Source of the DNA: Azolla caroliniana
Taxonomy: Eukaryota > Plantae > Polypodiophyta
DNA length: 64,000 nt
Assembly (NCBI GenBank): GCA_043228905.1
Contig: JBHGNT010000009.1
Span: 9,114,001 to 9,178,000, forward strand
Reading direction: 5' to 3'
The notes under the pieces: model-generated
Told to the model about the DNA's origin: nothing
Database searches by the model: none
Seen by the model: only the letters and a program-made list of their open reading frames with translations
Program-made: the position numbers and the translations under genes
Shown here: positions 43,800-54,910 of the stretch, piece after piece
Position numbering within the stretch: the stretch's first letter is position 1
Layout of the letters: each line of letters opens with the position of its first letter

Positions 43800-45380
43800 T
43801 CATTCGTATTCCGGGGATTCGTCTCGGTCGTACCGGTCCCGGGGGTAGCTATCTCTGCGTTTCTCCTCTCGGTCATAGTTATCGCGTCTTCTATCAACAT
43901 ATCTGTTACCGCGTTCCCATTGGTAGCGGTCGTCTCTCCGGAATTGATCCTCATCCGGGTCCTGATTGCGCGGTTCTATGTGTCGAACTGGTGCCGCCTG
44001 CCGATTTAACAGGTTATATTCGCATCGGTCTGTTGTATGGGCGCGAGAGTTGCAGATCATACATTGTGTCCGCATGTTGCAGTCTACCGTTGAGTGGCCC
44101 GAATTTAGGCATGTTGTGCATTGTAAGGCCTATCGGAACCTCAGGTCTTCCTCCTTCGGGAGTGCCCGGTGTAACATCCCCATCGACAAGAAGGAGCTAG
44201 TCTTGTCCATTTCTAAAACCCGATCAATAACTTGGTCCATTGTGCTGGTGCGGAAATCAAGGACTCCGCACATCGTTCGAAGTGGCTCTTTTAGCGCGGC
44301 CAAAAAGACTGCTTTGGCTTCGTCTTCGGGTGGTGCTCTCGTCAATTGGTTGTGCAGGGTCTGAAACTGAATGATGAATTGTGGCACAGTCTCGTTCTCT
44401 TCCTACCGGGTGGTGTAGAACTGCCTGACCAATTCCCTTTGCTCAACTTGTCTGTGAAAAAGCCTGAGGAATTTGGCCTTCAAGGCATCGAATGTGGCAA
44501 AGCTGCCCGGTAAGTGCTTTGCGTGCCATCGGGCCGCCGGTCCTTCTAAGGTCATGCCGAATTCGGCGACTTTGGATCGTTCGGCTTCGGGCTCCGTCAG
44601 TCTTTGGGAGACATGGTTGGCTTCCCATGTTTGGAGGAATGCGTACACATGTGCCTCCGCGTCGGGCTCATCCCGGTACTTTGGGTATGGGTACGGCATC
44701 GTGTCGTCCAACTGACTCTCCTGCTCTCTCCGCTCTCTGTCCGTTGTTGGCGTCGGTGTGAGAACCTTTGGTTCCTCCGCGGTTGGTGCCGGTATCCGCT
44801 CCTTTAGTTCCTCCGCGGGTGTTGCCGGTGTCCGGTCCTTTGGTTCCTCCGCGGGTGTTGTCGGTATCCGCTCCTTCAGTTCCTTCGCGGGTGTTGTCGG
44901 TATCCGCTCCTTCAGTTCCTTCGCGGGTGTTGTCGATATCCGGTCAGCCTCCCTCAGCGATTGCCGGTCACCGAACTCCAAGGTTATTTCTTTCTCTGGC
45001 TCCGGTGTTACTGAGTCTTCCGACTCCTCTTCCCCCGGGTCGTTTGGTGTGTCGTGGCTGCTTTTATACCGGGACGCAACGCTTCCGTCGCTTTCCGACT
45101 CCGCCTCGAGTGTTGCGAATGCTTCCGAGTCCCCGTCTCCACCGGCGAGCGTTTGTAGTATCGTTTCCGCCTCTTGCAGGCTTGTCATGCTACTGCCTTC
45201 GTCGGGGACTTGCAGAACCCGGAACTGCAGTGCTTCTTCTGTGACTCTCCGAAGAGTTCTGGAGAATGACCGATCTCGCCGGATCTCGTCGACGGCTTGC
45301 TGCAGGGCTTCCCGTCGTTGCTCTCGTTCGGTGTATCGTCTCCCTCGTTCGGTGATGTGGTCGTCGTTTGGTCTAGACAT
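43800..45380 (-). pseudogene. Gypsy gag with 36-bp internal repeats (ERIPTTPAKELK) and two CCHC knuckles
   Basis: TLEGPAARWH...FDALKAKFLRLF; CTTCLNSGHSTVDC and CMICNSRAHTTDRC; repeats at ~44770-44940. Confidence 0.85.
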
Positions 45381-45432
45381 CCATCCCCCGGTTGTCCTCT
45401 GCACTTTGCAGGAATCGTGGTCGCCAAAATAG

Positions 45433-45821
45433 TGTTGTCTGCCTGGCCGGACTAGCCACAACACAGGTGTCTATCCGACACTTCTCCAAAGGGGTGGTAA
45501 GGATTGGATGCTAGGTTACACGCGTAAGATGATTACACTAAGCACAGACGGTAAAACAATACAAAGACAAAGATAAACACGCAATAAGTATAATTGTATT
45601 ACTTCCGTAAAGCATTTACAAATCATCGGATCCTTTTATAGGCATCCGGCAAGGTTACAATCGGTGCGCTTAGGCAACCGGCATCCAAATCGGTCCGGAT
45701 CCGGATCGGTACAACTGTACTGGATCCGTCCCTCCGAATAATAAATATACTATTATTTACTTCCTATTATTCGATCCGACTCCGCCTTCCCACTTGACCT
45801 TGCTCTTCTGACCGGCCAACA
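45433..45821 (-). repeat. 5' LTR of the nested gypsy
   Basis: Pairs with 35141-35529; PBS is adjacent at ~45417-45426. Confidence 0.96.
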
Positions 45822-47829
45822 TGGCTCGCTCGAGATGTGCAAGGAAGGATGTAGGGAAATCGTGTATATCCTTAACTTCTCCTTGTTTCTTGCCTCAACA
45901 CGGTTTCTAATAGAAGCAATAGGACATCAGGTATTATTATACAAGCTCTACATATGATGAAAGGGTAATGAAAAACCATCAATACTAACCCAATCCTTGA
46001 ATGCAATAAAATACTCCGATAACGCCTTATATGAAGACGTTAGAGGATAATCCTCGGTCACTTGTTCCCAAGTTATACATCCAAGTTGTTTCATCATAAC
46101 TTCTTGGATCTTCATGTACACCTTATGACTGTAAAATTAGAAATCAAGATTAGAACTTTGAATTACACCAGATAGACTACAATTTTAGTATTTGAAAGAC
46201 TTACTTATTGAACTCAGTGATCATTTCTTCAAGGCTTAAATCTTTTGCCACAACCCTTGACAAAACAGACACAAGAAGCTGCTCGTCCTTAATACCTTGC
46301 ATCGCTCTCCACAGAGACAGCTTCATGTCGTCTGCCGCTTCTTCAATTGTCAAGTCAATTTTCTTGGCGGCTTGTGACTTTAACTATAGTTGAGGGTCAA
46401 CCTTACATTTCTTTTGTCGTTGACCCTTTACCTCCTTATTCTCCCACATTGAGAAGATTTGATCTTGTAGGTCCCATATTTCTCCATCTCTAAACGCCAA
46501 TTGAAACCAAGACTCATATTTTCGAAGACCATCGGACTTAACATTATCATCTACAACAATGCCGACTTCATGCAGACATTGATGTCGTAGGCCTGGATGT
46601 AACTTCACACCAAACTTTTGTTTCACGTCTAAATACTCGTGGTGGAAGAACCGTATACGCTCAATGGATGACATTTTCTGCCTATAGTCATTATCATTAT
46701 TATGGTCCCATGCCAACAGCTTAGCCTCTTCGGTTGTGAGCCCAACATAAATTTTGCACTCGGCATACTTGAAGAAGAAAGTTGTTGGATGTTCTCTCAC
46801 AAGTTGCCGATGTGCCTCTGCTGAATGCGATCCACCAATTACAAAGTAATTATATTGATCATGCTTTCTAATATCAAAATCTTCAATGGTTTCACATTCT
46901 TCAAGATCTACCATAACAATAAAAGGCACCACAGTGGCATGAGGATTAATTTTCATTTTTTTCTTGAGATTTTGAACATGCATGCGGTGTGGATCTCTAA
47001 TCTCAAGTGGTCGTCGACCTGTTTTTTCATCAATAGGGGGCCGATGGATGTGTGTTATAGGCAAATTAAACACTTGCCCTTTCCTGACCAGTTTACGTTG
47101 CATTAACTCTCTCCTTATCTTATTCTGCTCGGATGACAAAACACCCAATGCCAGCTCAGCTCTTGGCGTCCCCTTATTGTCCTCCTCTTCATTTTCACTT
47201 GTTGAATTGGTGTCTGACATTTTGGTTGTCTTCTTCTTTGGTGGTCTTGACTGGACTTTGGATACCCTTTTTGTGGCCTTCAATGGGGAGGGCACTTCAT
47301 CTCTTAGAGTTACATGGCCTTGTATATAAGGCCTCAAGGTAACAATAAGGTTTTGTGAGCTTTCAAGATCTTTTTTGAACGCTTCTGGCCCACAAGATTC
47401 CTTTACTAAAAGGTCTTCTAAAAGGAACACTTTACGTACCCCCTTGGAGCACTCTATCATTACCAGTATGTTGGCCGAATCTGCGTCTTCGTAGTCAAAT
47501 CATAGAATACGGCCATATCCTTTCCAAGCTGCCCCTCCCCCTTCTTCTTTGTTGTATACAATACGACTTTTTTCTTTGAGTCGACATATTGCATACACCA
47601 TTCCTTGTCCGTTAGATCACGGTCAGGAAGGTCTTCACCTCCAGTAGCGGCGACAAGTTTCTTTTGGCTAACGTCAATGTGTGGCTAAGATTTTGTCTCC
47701 TCGTTGAAGAGAAGATTTTTTCCTCTCTTCATGGTCTCAGGAGCTACCTTGGTCTGGGCTTCGATTGGAGAACCCTGTATGCAAAGCTTTATTTTCTTCA
47801 CTGGTCGGTCCGACAGGTTCTCAAACGAC
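45822..47829 (-). pseudogene. N-terminal exons of the ParB-MTase gene: ParB/Srx-like domain and linker (exons ~47829-46205, 46128-45990, 45906-45822)
   Basis: ORF 46384-47460: LPITHI...IRDPHRMHVQNLKKKM...PFIVMV...YFVIGGSHSAEAHRQL...EAKLLAWDHN...MSSIERI fits the ParB N-terminal pattern. GT-AG introns. HLERA|RKEKDRR joins in frame to the MTase exon across the gypsy TSD. Confidence 0.72.
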
Positions 47830-48340
47830 CTATTTAAGAAAGTATATGCAAAAACATAAGTTAGGTGGTCACGTAGATTAAGGTTGTATATTAAAATATA
47901 AATATGAAGATGAAGAACAGTTCTCACTATCATGCGATTAGTGGTGAAGTGAAAATATCAATCATGTATTCAGAGTACATGGTAGTCCTATATTCAAAAA
48001 TCTATTCTAGGCAGGGCTATTCAAACTAGAAAATATATATCGTAATAAGTAAACAGGGTTATATATTCTTTTAAAGAGTAGGTATGACTTATATAGATTC
48101 AAGACCTATATTGAGGAGAATTTGCTATCATAAAGGTAATTTGTGGGTTATTTTCTACTATTTTAAGCTATAGTAGGTCATAAAACACCTATAATTAGGG
48201 CATGTTTTTTTTTTAAAAAGTAAGGCAAGTCAACATAAAAAAGATTGATTTTGACAGACAATTTGATATCTTTTCCACACACTAATTAATTGTTGCCCCA
48301 AAAACACAATTTTTCTCTTTTAGAGCCTTCTTTTATATAG

Positions 48341-48980
48341 GAACTCGGTTCGGCGTATCGAGTTCGTGTTTAAAACTTAAACTTTAAACGGGAACTCGAT
48401 ACGGCGTATTGAGTTCGGCGTATGGAGTTCGTGTTTAAAACTTAAACTTTAAACGGGAACTCAATACGCCGTATCGAGTTCTTGTGATTTCTTTGTTTTT
48501 TAAACAAGAACTCGATACGGCGTATCGAGTTCCCGTTTAAAGTTTAGGTTTTAAACACAAACTCAATACGCCGTATCGAGGTCCCGTTTAAAACCTAAAC
48601 TTTAAACGGGAACTCGATATGCCGTATCGAGTTCCTGTGATTTCTTTGCTTTTTAAACGGGAACTCGATACGCCGTATCGAGTTCCTGTGATTTCTTTGC
48701 TTTTTAAACAGGAACTCGATATGGCGTATCGAGTTCCCGTTTAAAGTTTAGGTTTTAAACGGGACCTCGATACTCCGTTTAAAACCTAAACTTTAAACGG
48801 GAACTCGATACGCCATATCGAGTTTGTGTTTAAAGTGTAGGTTTTAAACAGGAACTCGATACGCCGTATCGAGTTCCTGTTTAAAAAGCAAGAAAAAAAA
48901 AATGAATTCGATACGCCGTATCGATTTCCTGTATAAAGTTTGTATTGTATACAGGAACTCGATACAGCGTATCGAGTTCT
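48341..48980. repeat. Array of about 13 palindromes GAACTCGATAC-NNN-GTATCGAGTTC with ~51-bp period
   Basis: Copies near 48341, 48392, 48457, 48508, 48560, 48610, 48661, 48712, 48763 (partial), 48801, 48852, 48904 and 48955; spacers contain TTTAAA. Confidence 0.93.
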
Positions 48981-49180
48981 TGAGCGACAAAACATATTTA
49001 CAAAAATGTCCACAGTGTCAGAGGCCTACCTGGAGTCCTCGCGCTCGATTCTCTTTGAAGACATGGTTGATCGTGTGGCAGTGGAGGCGGAGATCGTGCT
49101 TCTGTGCTTCGTGCTCTGTGTGCTTTGTGTGCTCTGTACGCTCTTGGGTGCTCTTGTGAGTGAAATATGACGAGGTCTTC

Positions 49181-49190
49181 CTATTTATAG
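49181..49190 (-). promoter_or_regulatory. Candidate TATA box for the ParB-MTase transcript
   Basis: CTATAAATAG on the minus strand, upstream of the array and of the first recognisable acceptor at 47830. Confidence 0.4.
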
Positions 49191-49839
49191 GGATTGACCA
49201 CATTGGTAAGTTTGAGGATAGTTAGTTGGTAACCACAGTCACATTAACTAGAGTAACTTATGATTGCATTAATGATTACAAAGTCAAACTAACATATTGA
49301 TCAATCTTTTATAGTCATAACAACCTGCAATGACTTCAAAGGTCATGAAGGAGACAATGATAGAGGTTCATGAATGTACCAATGATTGATTATTAAAAGC
49401 AACAATTTTTATGACTCTCAAATGCTGTGTATTAAAGATGTGGGCATGAATTAACCAATGATTGATAAGTCTAATATTTAAAATGGTGAGCATTAAAGAA
49501 CCAATGAGTGAGAGGTTCTATATCAAATATGGGTGCCATTAATTAGCCAATGATTTTAACATTAATCCAACATATTTATGGCTTGGTAATGATTAGATTT
49601 ATATTATACTTGATTTAACTTCATATAGATGTAGTTTAAATAATAATTGATATTTTAAATACAATTACTTTATTAAAAATAATTTTTTTATGTATTGTAT
49701 TAATATAATATTACATAATATAGACATTCTATTGATTTGGTTTTTGTTTAGAGAGAAGTTTATGTTTAGAGAGGAGCTTATTAGTTTTTTTCTTTACCCT
49801 AAGCACATAACTTACAGAGCCCTATCTAGACCTTAAGCC

Positions 49840-52620
49840 ATGAGTGAAGATTCACCGTTCTCGATTGAAGAATATTGTTTGTCATCAGACTCATCGTTTT
49901 CTACTGAAGAGTATTGTTTGTCGACAGAGTCACCATATTCGATTGAAGAATATTGTCTGTCGACAGACTCACCATATTCTATCGAAGAATATTGTCTAAG
50001 CTCATCTACAAGGAATGTAAATAATGACACATGTGAAGAGTTCTCTATTGAAGAATACGATATTAATAAAGATACGGAGAATGAAGGTAGTGCCAAGGAA
50101 ACATTGAATAACATTGGCGATGGTCACAACAGAGAATTAGATCATAACAAGGTTACACCAACCTCTATGCAGGAAGAGAAATCTGGGAGCCCTATGCATA
50201 TTAGAAGAATCCCACGAAGAATTCGTCTGGCTAGATTTAGCTTGGTGACATCAGATAAACAGATTGGATTTGATGTCAAAAAAGTATGTTGTGCCCGTGG
50301 TTGTATGTCTATGATTGGAAAATCAAAGTTGCGAGAATTAAGGCGATACTATTTTTCGATGACTGGTGATGAGCAAGACACTTACCTCGGGTCACATATG
50401 CAACTAGTATCTGACAAATGTACGGGGATCAAAGTATCATTCGAGTATTATATCTTCCATGCACAACAGATATGTAGAGTTGCATTCAAAATTGTGTTAT
50501 GTGTTAGTAACATGCAGCTACATAGAGTACAACAACGTCTACTTAGCGGGGATCAGATGCTCAATTGTAAAGAGGTTCCAAGTATGAAAGGTGCAATTGG
50601 AAGACATGCTATTGGTTGGATGAAAACTTACTTTCAGTTAAATTGTGAAGTAATGCCCACTACAGGTAGGATGCACCTTTCTGATAATTATACACGTCGG
50701 GAAATTTATGATGTCTATCGATCTGATATGCTGGGCTCACGTAATAAGTCTCACCTATAGCCAATTCACAAGATTATGGAGAGCTCGGTTTTCAAATGTT
50801 ATTATTCCTCATAAAGTACGTATGGGGTATTGCTCCATTTGTGCAAATCTTAAAAGTTTGGCTAAAGGTGCAAAGACATCAATGGAAAAGGATATGAGTA
50901 AGAAGTTACTACAAGAGCCTCGTGAGGCACAATCCTTAGAACGAAAGAAGGCGATGCATCATAGAGAGAAGTGTTTGAAGAGGCCCGAACAATACATGTG
51001 CTTAATGATAGATGGCATGGACCAGAAGAAGACGTGTTTGCCGCATATGTGGAGGCTCCCCAAAGATGTCAATGATGAGTGCCTTGTTCAAATGCACTTG
51101 GTGGGATGCTTGGCTTATAATAGGTCTGTTCGACCTCACGTCTTTATTACTTACCCCAATGTTCACAATGACCCTAACCTAACAGTTACAGTCATTCACC
51201 GAGTTTTGATGTCTTGGGGCCAACCTTTCCCCCCTGTTCTATACATTCAATTGGACAATACTGCTAGAGAGAACAAAAATTCAACTGTATTTGGCTATCT
51301 AAGTATGTTGGTCAACCAAGAATTGTTTAGGAAAGTGAAAGTCAATTTCCTTTTAGTTGGCCACACACATGACCATATAGATTAGATGTTTAGCACATTC
51401 TCCAGACAGTTGTCTCGGCATGATGCTTTCCCTTTACCTAAACTATTTGATGTCATTTGTGATGCATATACACCACGCCCAAAAGTGTTACACTTGAAGG
51501 AGGTATATGACTTTAAGAGATATATATCATATGGGGGTGGTGGGAATGTTAAAGTGCTTGCTCAGTTAAACAATATAAGTTTCAATCACATTTTTATGAT
51601 AAAGAAAAATGGAATAAGTGGTTCTACACTTTTGTATGCTAAACAATATTCATCTTCTACAACATGGGAACCTGAAGGTGGTTGCCAGTTATTACTTTGT
51701 ATGCCGAGTACAATTGTCCATGGAGCTAAGTAAATGCCAATTGAGAAGAAAGGACAGTTGTAGAGCGACTTGGTATCAGAACAAAAACGATCATGGCTCC
51801 AAGCCTTAGAAGAAAAAAGAAAGCATATTGAGGCCGCCAAGAAATATGCTACACAACAAGACACGTCATGGTGGGATGTATTTTATAGTGATCAGAAAGA
51901 AATTATAGACAATTGTGTATCTGTTGATAATTGGAATTTGGAAACGCTATTCACATGGTCGCTGCAACATGATCGCATAAATAGAACTCCGGAGCAACTA
52001 GTAATTGCGATTAATGACAGCTTAGTCCATCCACAACAAAGAGACATTTATGTGGGACCAAGGATGACCAAAGCAGCCAAAGCTAGATGGCAAGGCAATT
52101 TGCAAGAGCTCACCACGGGGATGTTGATTGCAACGCCGATTGATGAGAACTCACATGGCCACCAATTTTGGGTTGGTAAAATTCGAGAGAAGTGCTAATG
52201 CATGAAATAGAAAACACGATCAAGTCTATAAATGTTCATTGGTACAACACTAGAAGTGCAAATGCTTTTACAGGTAAGTATACATTGGAGATGATTGAAT
52301 GCCCAACAAGAAGGGGAGGTAGGAAGAGGAAGCGAAACATTCGTAACACCTCGACCCTTGATATCTTTGATGTGGATATCATCGTGTACGACTTCACACA
52401 TACAAAAGCCGGACGATTAAGGAAGTCAACAATAGATATAATAAAAGAAAAATTACCAGGTCTACAAGGTGGCTCGAGTCAAAGGCAAACGAGATCTGCT
52501 ACATATAATCTAGAGTCAAACCATTTGGTTTATGACGAAGATAATGCACTGATTGGTACATCCGAGGATGATGAGGAGGAATCGTCATTGTATATTAGTT
52601 ATAGTAGTGATTCTCCGTAA
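49840..52620 (+). pseudogene. DDD-type transposase, Sola1/DUF7869-like; frameshift near 50745 and later stops
   Basis: CCARGC, ICRVAF, VMP and CSIC cysteine motifs; catalytic-like IDGMDQKK, QLDNTARENKN and FLLVGHTHDHID*MFS; lies within TIRs with a 4-bp TSD. The superfamily is assigned from motif recall only. Confidence 0.82.
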
Positions 52621-52960
52621 AGGAGTGATCATGAATGTATATTTGGTTATTAAGTGTAACTACATTCCGCTTGTAACAAATCGAGTAATATAAAAGCATG
52701 TGTTTTGAATTCTTATGATTTCTAAAAAATCGTTTCTTATAAAATAACATTGGTTGTAAAGTTTGTGATATAAATTGAGAATGTATCTTTTTGAAATTCG
52801 TCTTTTTTTAGTTACTTCTAAATCATGAAAATAGTGGATTTTTAACCTTTTTCATAGTATGTTTGAACATGTATGATACTGGTATCAATGTGTTTTGTAA
52901 AATGATTGAAAAAGCCCTAAAATCAACCAAAATTTCCCTTATCCTTCCATTTATGCGTGA

Positions 52961-52985
52961 TTCCACTTGTGAACGCGAATGTGTT
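52961..52985 (-). repeat. Right terminal inverted repeat
   Basis: Reverse complement is AACACATTCGCGTTCACAAGTGGAA. Confidence 0.9.
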
Positions 52986-53760
52986 AGTACCCGAAAGTGG
53001 AGAAAAATGAAACCTTGGATGAGGATGGGTGTAGAAGTTTTGTGGTAGAGCACATCTCCGATTGCGAGAAGGTTCTACAAAGACTTGAAGATGCACACTT
53101 GACCTTCTTAGGCAAGAAATCGGCATTCAGCCAACTGGAGATTCTCGTGGTGGAACACTTGTGCGGGGCATACGACATGAAGCCATCCCTGGCAAAGGTG
53201 GACGCCATCATAGACATGAAGGAAGAATATAAATCACACATAGAGGTGAGGCTTTCTTGGTGTTGTGCATTCTACCACATATGGATCCCGCACTACGCTC
53301 ACCTAGCCAAGCCTTTGTATGGGCTACTCAAGAAGGGGTGGAAGTTCAAGTGGGAGAAAGATCACATAGAGGCGATGAAGTGGCTCAAAGGAATGTTGGT
53401 AGCAACACCAACTTTATGAAAAGCCATATACAAGGAAGGGGTTCCCATCTACGTGACGGTAGATACGAGTCCAACGGGGATTGGATGGGTCATCAACCAA
53501 GAAGGAGAGGTTGCACACGCTACACCATCTGGTTTGGAGCCAAGGTCTAAAGCGAGAGACAACGAGGATATGCCCAAGTGAAGCATGAGCTTTGGGGTAT
53601 CGTGTCCGTAGTGAAGGTGGTCATAGAAACGGATTGCCTTCTAATCCTAGGGATGTGCAACACCTGATGTAGCTATGCTAAGATGGATTGCTTACATCAA
53701 ATCAATGAACACGGAGATTTGCCACATTTCAGGGAAGAACAATGTCATGGAAGATATGCT

Positions 53761-54910
53761 TGTTAATCCTGGGCTGGACAAACCACTAACACAGGGTGTC
53801 CTTCTGGAACACTTCACCAAAGGGGTGGTATGGTAAGGAATGGGAAGACCATAACACAGAACCGATCCTCTTCAATTGTTATCCGGATCGATTAGTTACA
53901 CGCGTAGGATCAACATCATTAAGCACACAACGGGAATGATAGGATAAATAAGATATGAAAATAACAACATTTCCCTATTAATTATCCGTCTCCAGTTACA
54001 TCATATCCGGATCCTTTTATAGGTATCCGGTTGTGTTACAAACCGGTGCCAATCGGCAACCAGTTACGAACCGCTGCCAACTGGCAACCAGTTACGAAAC
54101 GGTCCGGATCCGGATCGGCATACCGATTCCGAGTCCGTCCGTCCGATCTTATAATTCTAATTACAATTCCCTTTATCCCAAAACCGGTTCCCCTTTCATA
54201 CTTTAGCCCCTTCACTCATCTTCCAGAATGTCCAGAATACTCTGGTCCAGGGGTTCCAACGGTTCATTAGGTAGTTGCTCCATCTGCTTCTGCTGTTGGT
54301 GCTCCGATTGTTGTTGTTGTTGTTGTTGTTGTGGATGTCACTGTTGTTGCTCTTCGTCCTGGTCCTCCTCTCTGGCTCCATCTGCTCTCGGCTCTACTAG
54401 TCTCCGCCCCTCTGGCTCTGGCTCCTCCGTCCTTGGCTTCTCCTGTTGCTCCCGTTCTGCTTCCGTTGCTTCTTCCGGTCTGGCTACTTCCAGCTGCTCC
54501 ACTCAAGCTTCGTCTAGCTGGCCTCCTCCAGTTCCAGCTACATTCGGTGGCTGCTCCGGAGATTGCTCTCCGTCACTTATGTTGATTGCCGCTGTCATTT
54601 GCGATGCCACTTGCCGTCTACGCTCCCACTCGTACCGCTCAAATTGAGGTTGAGTGGCAAGCTGGTCATCATCCAACTATTCTACCAGCCACCTCACAAC
54701 CACCAATTGTTCACCTGCCAGGGACAAGAAATCGTCTGACAACTCCTCCCGGATGGTTACAATGCTCTCCGCATCCATCTTGTAGAAGTTGTCACCGTCC
54801 TTTCTTTGGTTCTCAGCATTCGCTCGCAGAGTCTATAATTCTGTCGCATGTTGTGTCCATTTTGACCACCATTGCACCGAGCTTTCATCAATCATACTCT
54901 TTGTCCTTTC
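53761..54910 (-). mobile_element. Truncated gypsy (3' LTR ~53761-54261 plus extra-ORF remnant) related to 35141-45821
   Basis: Shares ACTTCxCCAAAGGGGTGGTA, GTTACACGCGTA and CGGATCCTTTTATAGG with the 389-bp LTR; CATCCATCTTGTAGAAGTTGTCACCG matches 36211-36237. Confidence 0.8.

Larger units (their letters stand above)
35141..45821 (-). mobile_element. Structurally complete Ty3/gypsy LTR retrotransposon (non-chromovirus type) with an extra 3' ORF
   Basis: 389-bp LTRs at 35141-35529 and 45433-45821 (about 6 mismatches by eye); TSD TGGCT at 35136-35140 and 45822-45826; PBS-like TGGCGACCAC; order gag-PR-RT-RH-IN. Confidence 0.96.
32885..52985. mobile_element. Large TIR DNA transposon (Sola1/DUF7869-like) carrying a ParB-DNA methyltransferase gene; contains a nested gypsy
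   Basis: 25-bp TIRs matching 23/25; TSD AGTA at 32881-32884 and 52986-52989; removing the element restores the host gypsy RT frame; internal transposase gene. Confidence 0.9.

Noticed and set aside
48341-48980. CRISPR array (palindromic repeats with regular spacing)
   Set aside because: The spacers are not unique (two recurring types), there are no cas genes, and the context is eukaryotic.
48940-49170. Small hydrophobic membrane-protein ORF inside the transposon
   Set aside because: The hydrophobic stretch comes from a GTGCTCT-type low-complexity repeat; there is no other support.
52985-52986. TA target duplication (Tc1/mariner-like) for the DNA transposon
   Set aside because: That boundary would put an extra in-frame stop codon in the host RT and misalign the TIRs; AGTA restores the frame cleanly.
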